NCBI GenBank assembly: GCA_963748445.1
Contig: CAVVIU010000004.1
Span: 46,390-110,389 of the forward strand
From: Methanobacteriota archaeon
Lineage (GTDB): Archaea > Halobacteriota > Bog-38 > Methanoflorentales > Methanoflorentaceae
Reading direction: 5' to 3'
DNA length: 64,000 bases
Made by a program: the position numbers and the translations under genes. Below, one piece after another: positions 52,185-62,104 of the stretch. The notes under the pieces are model-generated. The model was not told the origin of the DNA and searched no databases. It worked only from the letters and a program-made list of their open reading frames with translations. How positions within the stretch are numbered: the first letter of the stretch is position 1; every line of letters starts with the position of its first letter.

Positions 52185-53417
52185 ATGAGCGACTTTTTAA
52201 CGCTGGATGATTTAGATTTTAGAGATAAGACAGTACTATTGCGAGTCGACATAAATGTACCAGTTGACAAAGATACTAAAAAGATCTCAGAATCGAAACG
52301 CATAGATGAATCCACCGCTACAATCAGGGAGCTTGCAGTTAAAGGCGCAAAAGTGGTTATCATAGCGCACCAAGGGAGAGCAGGTGATTATGATTTTCTT
52401 CCCCTCGATCAGCACGCTGAGGCTTTAAAAGGAGTATTAGGAGAGAAATTTGGATACGTAGACGATGCTATTGGCGTTGCTGCACGCGATAGAATAGCAT
52501 CGCTAAAATCTGGAGAGATTCTGCTTCTTCAGAATATTCGATTTTTAGCTGAGGAAACACTCGAACTAGGACCAGAAGCACACGCCAAGGGGATTCTTGT
52601 AAGCAGGCTAAGTTCACTCGCGGACCTATTTGTCAATGATGCATTTCCCTCTGCCCACAGATCGCACGCTTCTGTTGTTGGCTTAACTGCGACACTTCCC
52701 TCAGCCGCTGGCAGGATAATGGAAAAAGAGCTTCGTTATGACCGACAAGCAATTATCAATCCTAGGCATCCGGTTGTTTACGTACTTGGAGGTGGAAAGC
52801 CTGATGACAACATAACTGTGCTCAAACATGGTTTTCAAAAAGGGATAATAGACAGAGTCCTTTCATCTGGTGTGCTCGGACTTCTTTTTATGGTAGCCCG
52901 TGAGTATAACCTAGGTGATGAAACAATCAATCTTCTACGAAACAAAGGTCACCTTGAGCAGCTTCAAGACGTAAGAGACTTGCTTATAAAATATGGTCAA
53001 CATATCAACGTTCCTGTCGATGTTGCATATAACCACTATGGCAAAAGAGTTGAGGTACCTGTAAAGGAGCTACCAGCCAAAGGAATCATAGAGGATATTG
53101 GTGAGGGAACAATTCAGATATACAAAGCGGTTATAAAAGACGCGAAGACGATGGTCGTAAAAGGCCCACCGGGTGTTTATGAGGATTCCGGCTTCGAAGT
53201 CGGCACAAAGGAAATATTAGACGCGATTCGGGAATCAGACGGTTTCTCACTTGTTGGAGGTGGGCATACGCTCTCTGCGATACAGACACTAAATATTAAC
53301 GAAAAAGGATTTTCGCATATAAGCCTTGGAGGTGGGGCTTTAATAAACTACCTTTCAGGAAGAAGTCTCCCGGCATTTGAATCCCTGCAACAGGCTGCTG
53401 AGCGATATAAGTCTTGA
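52185..53417 (+). CDS. pgk: phosphoglycerate kinase
   Basis: VLLRVDINVPV, IIAHQGR, FVNDAFPSAHRSHASV, LVGGGHT, ISLGGGAL. Confidence 0.95.
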   Translation: MSDFLTLDDLDFRDKTVLLRVDINVPVDKDTKKISESKRIDESTATIRELAVKGAKVVIIAHQGRAGDYDFLPLDQHAEALKGVLGEKFGYVDDAIGVAARDRIASLKSGEILLLQNIRFLAEETLELGPEAHAKGILVSRLSSLADLFVNDAFPSAHRSHASVVGLTATLPSAAGRIMEKELRYDRQAIINPRHPVVYVLGGGKPDDNITVLKHGFQKGIIDRVLSSGVLGLLFMVAREYNLGDETINLLRNKGHLEQLQDVRDLLIKYGQHINVPVDVAYNHYGKRVEVPVKELPAKGIIEDIGEGTIQIYKAVIKDAKTMVVKGPPGVYEDSGFEVGTKEILDAIRESDGFSLVGGGHTLSAIQTLNINEKGFSHISLGGGALINYLSGRSLPAFESLQQAAERYKS

Positions 53418-53568
53418 TTTTATTTTTCTAAGATTTTAATTATTAATACGTACATGAACCCAGGTGCTAATGCATAAAATATTTCGCTGACACGGATTGT
53501 CGCAACAGGCAGTAAGCGCTATTTACCGAAATTTTATAAATTAGAAGCTGTTATTCTAGCGTGAAGGG

Positions 53569-54372
53569 ATGGTTTCAACGAGATATTCCCAGCTTGACAT
53601 TGCTCCAACAATTGCACGTATTTTAAATATCGAGATTCCTGATCACGATGGAAAAGAGATTCGGGAGGCTATACATTACATTGAAGGAAAAAACATACAA
53701 CAAATATTACTTGTGATTATTGACGGAATCGGAGTGACGCTCTATAACAAACTTGACAGAGCTATACAATACTTGAAAAAACTCTCGAAAGATGGTCTTT
53801 TCTTCGAGTGTGAGTCGCTTCCGCCTCGCATTACAACGCCTAACATCAGTACTATCTTAACAGGATATACTCCAGAACATCATTTGCTTTATAAAGTTAC
53901 TGATACGTTTTACACCCCAGTACGGTCGGTACTTGAAATTGCTAGTGAAAATGGAATTAAGTCAGGAATTGTCATTGAAACGATGGGTGCAAAATCTCTA
54001 TTGAATAGAATAGATATAGCGATCGGAGTGGAAAATCTATACGGGATAGTAGATTATGACAGGCGGATTACTGACCTTGCTCTTAAAGCATTTAAACTCG
54101 AGAATGTGGAGTTAATGGCAATTCACCTCCGAGCTATTGACAACTGTTTGCATCATTATGCTGAGTCTTGGGAGGACGTTGTGTACTCAGCGACCTCTAT
54201 AGATGAAAATATTAAACGACTCACATCTAGCTTGAGCAAGTCAACTTTGTTGTTTATCACTTCTGATCATCCAGTGCACGTTCCAAAGTGGGCTTACGTT
54301 GACGGCGATAGCGTTAATGTACCGCTAATTGTATACTATAAGCATGGGGCCTCGAATGGCAAAAAAAAGTAA
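53569..54372 (+). CDS. alkaline-phosphatase-superfamily protein (nucleotide pyrophosphatase/phosphodiesterase-like core), unusually short
   Basis: IIDGIGVTLYN (metal Asp), ITTPNISTILTGYTPEHH (nucleophile Thr context), FITSDHPVH. A DIAPTIARILNIEIP segment, normally C-terminal in this family, sits at the N-terminus. Confidence 0.7.
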   Translation: MVSTRYSQLDIAPTIARILNIEIPDHDGKEIREAIHYIEGKNIQQILLVIIDGIGVTLYNKLDRAIQYLKKLSKDGLFFECESLPPRITTPNISTILTGYTPEHHLLYKVTDTFYTPVRSVLEIASENGIKSGIVIETMGAKSLLNRIDIAIGVENLYGIVDYDRRITDLALKAFKLENVELMAIHLRAIDNCLHHYAESWEDVVYSATSIDENIKRLTSSLSKSTLLFITSDHPVHVPKWAYVDGDSVNVPLIVYYKHGASNGKKK

Positions 54373-54474
54373 GTCAAACCGTATCGAGCGAAGTTTAAAA
54401 ATCAACCTATTAAGTAAAGTGTTCAGATGGTAAATATCGAAATTAGGACTCGTTTAATGTTAAGGAGATAATAC

Positions 54475-55337
54475 ATGGCAGAGAGACACGTTCTTGAGGC
54501 ACTCGGAAAGGCATATGTTGTAGTTGAGGATGGAAAAGTAGTGCATGTTGGCGAACCGTTGATAGATTACTGTCCTATTTTTGCAAAGGCACGAGGAATA
54601 AACAAGATAACTCCTGAGGTCATAAAAAAGAATATTGAGTTCAGAATCGAAGACTTTGGGATGTGCACGGGTGATAGATCGATTGAGATGGAGGTCTTTG
54701 TTGGCTTCGGTGCGTCAGAAGTTATGATGACTGGGTTACGAAAGGGACTCCTTGATGCCAGCATATCCGTTTGTGAAGGAGTAGGCACGGTTATCACATC
54801 AAGTCCAACGTTGACGCAGGGAATTGGGGCTAGGATTTCAGGAGTGATAGAAACCACAATAATACCAAAGCTCGTGAAACGTGTTGAAGCCGCAGGGGGA
54901 GTTACTCTTGAGGGCAAGCGTGCAATTATAAACCAACCGCTTGGCGTCGCAAGGGCGGCTGAGCTTGGAAATAAGAAAATTGCAGTCACCGTCGCAAACA
55001 TCGAGGAGGCAACACAATGCCGCGACATTGAGACCGCAACGAAGCACTGAGGTAACAATTATAGGTGTACACGTAACTGGCATGGAACAAAAATGCCGCA
55101 AAAGAGTTTGTAAATATTGTAGATATCACAACGGGTTGCGCGTCTCTCGCAATTCGAGACGCTGTAGCAGGCAGAGCGTTGGCACAGGTGGGCACAGGCG
55201 TGCCGCTATTCGCACTGACGCAAACGGGGAAGGAGCTTTTGCTTGAACGGGCTAAGGAAGTGTCGAGCCCGATTTTGATCAATACTATGAAACTCCCTGT
55301 GTTGCCCGAGGAAAAACAACCGACGCCCCTTGTATGA
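54475..55337 (+). pseudogene. DUF2099 / methanogenesis-marker-8-like protein, readable only across two 1-nt shifts (about 55033 and about 55093)
   Basis: Frame 1: HVLEALGKAYVVVEDGKVVHVGEPLIDYCPIFAK...VCEGVGTVI...ANIEEATQCRDIE. Frame 2: PQRSTEVTIIGVHVTGMEQK. Frame 3: AAKEFVNIVDITTGCASLAIRDAVAGRALAQVGTGVPLFALTQTGKELLLERAKE...PLV*. The family call is from memory of the N-terminal pattern. Confidence 0.65.
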
Positions 55338-55346
55338 GGTTGCTCT

Positions 55347-56527
55347 ATGGAACATGAGTATGAGTACAGGATGAATACAAAAATAGTTCATGCTGGACAG
55401 CGACCGTGTCCCGAGAACATGGCTTTTAGCAACGCCCATTTATCAGACCGCTACGTTCGCGTTTGATGAACTGCTGATAACTGGCATGCCACGCGGGAAA
55501 GTACGTCTATTCACGATCTTCAAACCCTACCAACACCACTCTGGAAATTAAAATGGCTGCCCTTGAGGGGGGAGACTCCGCAGTAAGTTTTGCTTCCGGT
55601 ATGGCAGCAATAACAGCAGCGATGCTCACTATATTGAAAAGTGGTGACCATCTCATTGCCGATGAAGTCTTATACGGCAGTACATATGAGCTTTTGAGCA
55701 AAGGAGTACCTAGACTCGGATTTGATGTAAGTTTTGTTGACACGTCAGATGTTGATCAAGTCATAAATGCTATTAAAGATACGACAAAACTTATTTTCTT
55801 TGAAACCCCTGCAAATCCGACCCTGAAACTTACCGACATACGGGCAATTACTGAAATAGCAGCAGAATCTAGCATTAGAACAATTGTGGACAATACATTT
55901 CTCACACCTTACTTTCAAAGACCTCTCGAACTCGGAGCTGACATTGTCGTTCACAGCGCTACAAAATATTTAAACGGACATGGTGATGCACTTGGCGGAT
56001 TACTCATCGCTTCATTCGAATTCGCGGATGCCGTTAGAAAGGGGGTGCTTCGAGACATGGGAGGAGCATTGAGTCCGTTTAACGCTTTTCTAATCTTGAG
56101 AGGAATCCAAACACTTTCAGTAAGGATGGAGAGGCACGCTCAAAATGCGAAAGAGATAGCTAAATTTCTAAAAAAAAGGACAGAGGTTAAGGAGGTCTTT
56201 TATCCTGGTCTTGACCGCAAACTTACGACCAACAAAAGTCTACGAGAACAAATGTCCGGATTTGGTGGCGTTCTTTCTTTTGACGTTTGTGGAGGACTGA
56301 ATGAGAGTTTAAAGTTTTTAAATGGACTTAAACTCTGCACAATAGCGGTAAGTCTTGGAGACACGGCATCGCTAATAGAACATCCAGGACTCATGACCCA
56401 TTCAATTATTCCAAAGAACGAGAGGGACCGTATTGGGATAACAGACGGACTGATCAGACTTTCCGTGGGTCTAGAAAACGTCGAAGACATAAAAGCAGAT
56501 ATAGAGCAAGCATTCGACCAGACGTAA
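55347..56527 (+). pseudogene. Cys/Met-metabolism PLP enzyme (cystathionine gamma-synthase / O-acylhomoserine sulfhydrylase family), with the frame broken by two extra bases (55431 and 55501)
   Basis: MNTKIVHAGQRP...AFS | TPIYQTATFAFDE...GK | YVYSRSSNPTNTTLEIKMAALEGG...HSATKYLNGHGD (PLP Lys)...SLGDTASLIEHP. The length is 3n+2. Confidence 0.85.
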
Positions 56528-56566
56528 CGATGAATTGGACGCCACGCTATGCAAGAAGCACAAGTT

Positions 56567-58064
56567 TCAAACTTTGGCAGCTTCTTTAAACCTGTATATT
56601 ACGAATTCTTTATCAAGCGATGCGAGGAACCATCCAGCGCGTGGTCCTGAACTCGTCCCTAAAAGAGCGATGTAGATGGCTTTAAACGCGTCTTTTGGAT
56701 TAATGCCAACGTGCTCGCTTATGTCGTACACTGCGTTATGGAGTTGTTCAGCACTATCTCTGCCCGGTTCCATAACTTCAGCGAGTTGCGATAACACGTC
56801 TTTCTGCTCAGTGGTGAGAGATTGTACCTGGACAGGAACATGATCTTGCACGGTAAACTTAACAAATGGCGGTGCAAAGCGCTGAAGCCAGTTTTTTGCA
56901 TTTTTTGCCCTCACTCTTATCGAGTTGATGTCGCTGACATTATAGCCCCCTCGTTTTAGAACTTCTATGAGCTGATCAAAATTGCGGGCTATCTGAATTG
57001 CAGTTACCATGTGCCTAAAGGGGATGCTCGATTTGACACCTTCGACGTATGAGAGTTCGTATGCACGACCTTTTCCACTGTCAAATTCATCTACGAGAGT
57101 TCAAAAGACCTAAGCCAGGATCAAAATCAATAAGCTTTTCAGGCTTTGTTTTAATTATCATATATCTTAACACATCGGGAGGCACAACGTCCAACATTTC
57201 TTTAATCGTTACGGTGACTCCTTTAGAACTCGACATTTTGCCCTTCCCTTTAAGATGGATATGCCCGTAAGGAATAGGCCGTGGAGGTTCATACTCGTAT
57301 ACCTCTTTCGAGATCCGCATGCCGGTATCATATGACCCGCCGGCCACAGCATGATCCTTTCCAAACGGCTCAATTGTCACACCTAACATGCTCCATCGTG
57401 CCGCCCAATCAATTCTCCACGCGAGTTTTCCTTCGCCTTTTGAGTAATTTGCTATTCCTTCACCGCCGCACGCACATCTATACGTAACTGAGGAAATATC
57501 TGGCAGGTGCGCTAACACAATTCCCGCAGTGATTCTTCTACAAGAGCCACATAATGGGTTAAAAGGACTCCATTCGGACGGTAACTTCCTTCCTGAGACC
57601 TCCCCAATTATCTTTGCAATAATGTCTCGCTTTTCAAGCGCAAGTTTGACTGCCGCTGTGTAGGCTCCGTTTTTATACATCCTGTCTGCTCGAAATAACT
57701 CCGGTTCAATGCCAAGATCTTCTAATGAATTTAAAAATGGCTTTAAGTAGTGTTCTGCATAGCTCCCACAACAGCCAACAGGATCAAGTATTTCAGAGAT
57801 TGGCCATCCAACGTACTTCTTGTAAACGTCTGGCAAAAAAGGATACACTGTTCTTAAAGGATCAAACGTGTCAGCAACGTAAATCAGTCTCGCCTCTTTG
57901 CCCGCGTCCTTAATAGCTTTCAACACTGCATCAGCCGTCACTACTTCTCGCATGTTACCGATGTGTATATTACCTGAGGGCGTTATACCTGTAGCTATGA
58001 CTTGCTTTCCGGTAACGCTCTGGGCAATTACGTCTGCCCAATGTATGATTGTCTCTTGTTGCAT
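56567..58064 (-). pseudogene. lysK: class I lysyl-tRNA synthetase, with the frame broken by one extra base at 57098
   Basis: [16 protein letters not shown] (HIGH-like), KMSSSKG (KMSKS-like), Cys cluster CGSC...CACG. ...[10 protein letters not shown] continues in the next frame as [20 protein letters not shown]...MVTAIQIARN.... The length is 3n+1. Confidence 0.9.
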
Positions 58065-58114
58065 TTTCGAATGTAAAAAGTGACTGTACTATAAGTCCCT
58101 TCTGGATATCTGAC

Positions 58115-58669
58115 TTATAAATCTCTAACGTCAACTCTTCGATCCCCAACCATAAACTTCGTACCGCCGAGATGAAACACGGGCCTAATTCTCGCGTTTA
58201 ATGTGCCATCTGTAACTGCATCTTTATCTCCAGATTTAGCGACTGCTTTACCTATAAAAATCGTGTGATCTCCTGTTTCAAATGTGTATAGTGTTTTGCA
58301 TTCGATGTGGGTCGGACACTCTTGAATCCTCGGCGGCTTTACCACTAGAGACTGCAGTGGAGTGAGACCCGAAACCGCAAACTTGTTCACTTCGCGACCT
58401 GAAATAGTCCCTACGAGCCAAATCTCTTTTAAAAGATCTTCTGTTGGAAGGTTTAGCACAAACTCGTTCTTTAAAAAACGGTAGCTGTACCGTAGACGAG
58501 AGACACTGATGGCTATTAACTCAGGATCGTGAGAGGTGCTCGTTGCCCATGCGAATGTCGCAACGTTTGGTTTTCCACGTGCGTTTACCGTTGTCACTAG
58601 ACCTACGAGCTGTGGGGCAAATATGGTACTTGCGGTCGCGTCTAGTTTAACCTTTTCACACGGTTGCAT
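58115..58669 (-). CDS. flavin reductase-like FMN-binding split-barrel protein
   Basis: LVGLVTTVNARGKPNVATFAWATSTSHDPELIAISV. The start is taken at the internal ATG (MQPCEKV), because the longer ORF overlaps cutA. Confidence 0.75.
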   Translation of the reverse strand: MQPCEKVKLDATASTIFAPQLVGLVTTVNARGKPNVATFAWATSTSHDPELIAISVSRLRYSYRFLKNEFVLNLPTEDLLKEIWLVGTISGREVNKFAVSGLTPLQSLVVKPPRIQECPTHIECKTLYTFETGDHTIFIGKAVAKSGDKDAVTDGTLNARIRPVFHLGGTKFMVGDRRVDVRDL

Positions 58670-58691
58670 ATGTACAATTATAAAAATCCAC

Positions 58692-59006
58692 CTAAATCGT
58701 TTCCTCTGCAATCCAGTCGAGGTAGTCTTTTGATCCATAATCGATATTATATGAAACTACACAAGGAGTCTCATAACTGTGAAGCTCTAATATCTTCTCA
58801 GTCACTTTCTTTACCAACGCCGTTGTTGTCTTTATGTTTAAAGCATATTCCTCGTCTTCTTCGACCGTCCCTTTCCACCGATAGATTGACGTTACGCGAT
58901 GCATATTTACACAAGCACAGAGTTTCTCTTCAACGAGCTGGTAACTCATTTGCTTCGCCTCTTCGAGGTTAGCTGTAGTTACATATATGTTGGAGAACAT
59001 CATCAC
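58692..59006 (-). CDS. cutA: divalent-cation tolerance protein CutA
   Basis: 104 aa; VYVTTANLEEAKQMSYQLVEEKLCACVN...SIYRWKG.VEEDEEYALNIKT...LHSYETPCVV. Confidence 0.85.
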   Translation of the reverse strand: MMMFSNIYVTTANLEEAKQMSYQLVEEKLCACVNMHRVTSIYRWKGTVEEDEEYALNIKTTTALVKKVTEKILELHSYETPCVVSYNIDYGSKDYLDWIAEETI

Positions 59007-59027
59007 ACCAATAATGGAGAAGACTGT

Positions 59028-60362
59028 TTGGACTATTATATTCTTGCGCTAGTGATCATTTCAATTTATTGGCTTGTGGTGCTCTTCCTTAACAGTAGGG
59101 GAATTCTTGAGCGCTATAATATTACGGCATACGGTCCAATTCTGATGATTAGGACGACGCGCGGCCAACAGTTTTTGGATCGATTAGCGCGTCCGAAAAA
59201 GTTCTGGGAAGTATACGCAGATGTTGGTATCTCTGTCGTCATTCTATCGATGATTTTTATGTTTGCTACTCTGATAGTAGGAGACTACAAAATATTCCAG
59301 ATAAAACCAGAGCCTACTGTATTTAACGAGCCTCGAAATTTCTTACTTCTACCAGGAATAAATCAGTTTGTTCCATTAACGTGGGGGCTTATTGCCCTCA
59401 TCGTCGCCCTCGTCGTTCATGAACTTTCACACGCGATATTGAGTCGGGCAGCTGACATCAAAGTAAAAGCTCTCGGCCTGTTAGTCTTGGTACTGCCCAT
59501 TGGGGCATTTGCTGAGCCAGACGAATCACAGCTATATGGCAATGACGTGGGGAGTGACGTTAAGATAGCTACAAGAAGGGAAAGAATAAGAGTGCTGACG
59601 GCGGGAATTATGAGTAACATTGTCGTCGGTATTATATGCCTCGCGCTATTCTTTGGCCCTGTATTATCAGCTATAGCTCCAGTGCCTGGGTTAGGAGTCG
59701 TAGGAGTCGTAAGCGGATCACCGGCTGAAAAGGCTGGCATGCGGCCAGGGATGGTTATTCTTCAGATAGATAATACGACAATTGCAAATAATGATCAGTT
59801 TCATGCATTTATGAACGCAACACACCAAGGACAAGTGGTGTCAGTAAAAGCTGCAGACAAAGGCACTGTGTATGAGTTTACAGTGACACTTGATAAGAAC
59901 CCTAACTTTGATAAAGGATTTTTAGGCGTGCAAGGCGGTTCAGAGGAAACTCTTAACTTTTTAAAACAGATACCGTATATGCTTAGCACCGTTGGAGGGT
60001 GGGCCGCAATTCTTGGATTTCCTTTCCTTATCTTTAACGGATTCAACGGAGAAGTGATTAACTTGTACCAGCCAATCGGATGGGCAAGTCATCTTGGACC
60101 TGGGATATTCTGGATTGCTAATACTTTGCTGTGGGTGGGATGGATTAATTTCTATGTGGGGCTTTTTAACAGTCTTCCGTTGGTGCCATTAGATGGAGGA
60201 TATGTGTTTAAAGATATCTTTAAGTCACTTACAGAGCGGCTTTTGAAAAGCAGCAAACTTCAAGATCTCGTCACCAGTGTGCTCGTTAGCGTTCTTGGAG
60301 CTATAATCTTAGCCTCATTCATAATATTTTTGGTCGGCCCGTATGTCTTCAGGGGGGTCTAA
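59028..60362 (+). CDS. site-2 protease family (M50) membrane metalloprotease with PDZ domain
   Basis: HELSHAILS (HExxH), the PDZ segment VVSGSPAEKAGMRPGMVILQID, and NSLPLVPLDGG. The start is ambiguous. TTG 59028 is in frame. ATG 59014 (MEKTVWTIIFL) is out of frame by a missing base. Confidence 0.85.
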   Translation: MDYYILALVIISIYWLVVLFLNSRGILERYNITAYGPILMIRTTRGQQFLDRLARPKKFWEVYADVGISVVILSMIFMFATLIVGDYKIFQIKPEPTVFNEPRNFLLLPGINQFVPLTWGLIALIVALVVHELSHAILSRAADIKVKALGLLVLVLPIGAFAEPDESQLYGNDVGSDVKIATRRERIRVLTAGIMSNIVVGIICLALFFGPVLSAIAPVPGLGVVGVVSGSPAEKAGMRPGMVILQIDNTTIANNDQFHAFMNATHQGQVVSVKAADKGTVYEFTVTLDKNPNFDKGFLGVQGGSEETLNFLKQIPYMLSTVGGWAAILGFPFLIFNGFNGEVINLYQPIGWASHLGPGIFWIANTLLWVGWINFYVGLFNSLPLVPLDGGYVFKDIFKSLTERLLKSSKLQDLVTSVLVSVLGAIILASFIIFLVGPYVFRGV

Positions 60363-60483
60363 ATATATAGTTTGGCTCATATCGATTTTTAAGATGTTTA
60401 CGTCTGCTTGGATCAAAAAATGAGTGACTGATGTTCTTGATTAAGTGATTACATTTCTTTGCGTTTAATTTGGAGAAACCAAA

Positions 60484-62081
60484 ATGAGAAGAATTCCCGC
60501 CACAATGGCTACACAACATCCAGATTCAGCTACGACATATGTCCCAGTACAAAAAGAAGCTGAAGAAGCCGTGAAGGTCCTTATGCCAACACGACAAGGA
60601 GGGTTTGGCATAGAGGAATATATGATAGATTTTAAAGGGAAGATGCCCCCGTATGTTCAAACATCCGAAGTCGTAGTGGGGCTTATCTCCAAGGGATTGG
60701 TTCCGGGCAAAGATGTTTTTATTACGCCGCGAATTCCAAGTGTGTCACAAGAAACGGTATTTAGGCAGCTTATGGCTCTTATGTCGATTATGGAAGCTTA
60801 TTATCGGATTCACAAAGAAACTACGGAGCCTAGTATAGTTGAGGTCATCCATCCGATGAGCAAGAGCGCTCAAGAACTTATCGATACTCGAAAACGGATA
60901 CTTGATGTGATAGACCTCACTAATCACGAATTTAACATAAGTATCGACCCGCAGGTCATTCGTGTTGTTCCTTTGATAGAAGAGATTCCAGAACTAATAA
61001 CTATCAAAAAACTGCTTACTGACTATGTGCGTGGGTGTGAAAATCTTGGATTAAACGAAAACATTCTCCGCATAATGCTTGGAAGAAGTGAGGCTGCATT
61101 AGGCTACGGTCATCTTCCTTCGGTACTCACTAATAAACTTGCAATTTCAGACTGCCACACTTATGGAAGCGACTATGGCGTTACAATAGCCCCAATTATG
61201 GGCGCTGGAGCATTGCCGTTTCGAGGACATATTACCCTTGAAAACGTTGATTCATTACTGAATGATTTTAGAGGCCTGAGAACTGTTACGATTCAATCAA
61301 GCCTCATTTACGACCGCGATCGTAAGAGCACTGTTAAACTCATAAAAAGAATAAACGATGACCTCCAAAAAACCAAGCCAGTAAATTAGTCTGCTGAACA
61401 GAGAGCCGAGATATTGACGTTGACGGGCATTTTTACAAAAAATTACCTCAAGACCTTTTATCTGACCATCGATTCAATAAAAGCCATATCGGACTTCTTT
61501 CCGAATCAGCGTGATCGGCTTGCACGAAAAGGTTCGATCGGATATGCACGAGATGTTCCTAGGCCGGCTTATTTAGCTTCATGCATTAGTGATAGGAAAC
61601 TCTCGAATGCGTTGAAACGACTCCAGGTTACGGACACACTAACAGATCTCCCTCGCGCTATCAAATATACAGGTGCGCTTTATAGCATAGGACTTCCTCG
61701 GAGTTCATCGCAACCGGTAGAGGTTTAAAAGAGGCAGATGAGAGGGGTTTCGTCGATGCACTTTTGACGGAGTATTACTCGGGTTTACGAGCTGACTTGA
61801 ATTTTGCTCAACAGTTCATAAATCTGAAAGTAGCACAAACTTTTATGCCTTATGCGGCATTTAAACAGGTTCAACAAGATGTGAAGTATGTATATGAATA
61901 CCTCGCTCTTGACGAACAGCAGCAGAATGTTTTATATTGGACATTGATGGAGACAATAAAGCCAACGCTAAAACAGTTAATTAGTACAGGTGAAAAGATC
62001 TTGATAGATGAAGTCACGCAAATGGGGCTCATCGAAAGCTGTATTGTGAAGATGGGTGCCATGAGAGGGGCACTCGGCTAA
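60484..62081 (+). pseudogene. ppcA: archaeal-type phosphoenolpyruvate carboxylase, interrupted by an in-frame TAG (61387-61389) and a missing base near 61699
   Basis: The MRRIPATMATQHPDSA N-terminus is typical of atPEPC. Three consecutive ORFs cover about 532 codons: ...KTKPVN*SAEQRAEIL... is in the same frame across the TAG, and ...YSIGLP / EFIATGRGLKEADERGF... joins if one base is added. Confidence 0.8.
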
Positions 62082-62104
62082 CTTCTAACTATCATTTTAG
62101 TTTG

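Noticed and set aside
54567-55058. 163-aa ORF antisense to the DUF2099-like gene (plus overlapping ORFs 54838..55101, 54986..55282 and 55206..55439)
   Set aside because: The plus-strand reading across three frames gives a coherent conserved protein. The antisense ORFs have no features and overlap each other.
58899-59027. 5' extension of the M50 protease ORF
   Set aside because: It overlaps cutA on the opposite strand and is not hydrophobic or family-like. TTG 59028 is the plausible start, or ATG 59014 if one base is missing.
61387-61389. Pyrrolysine or stop-codon reassignment as the explanation for the in-frame TAG in ppcA
   Set aside because: TAG terminates at least three other well-defined genes in this window (ribH, the DUF123 gene and the Trm5-like gene). 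No pyl genes are visible, and the gene also carries an indel, so a simple lesion or error is more likely.
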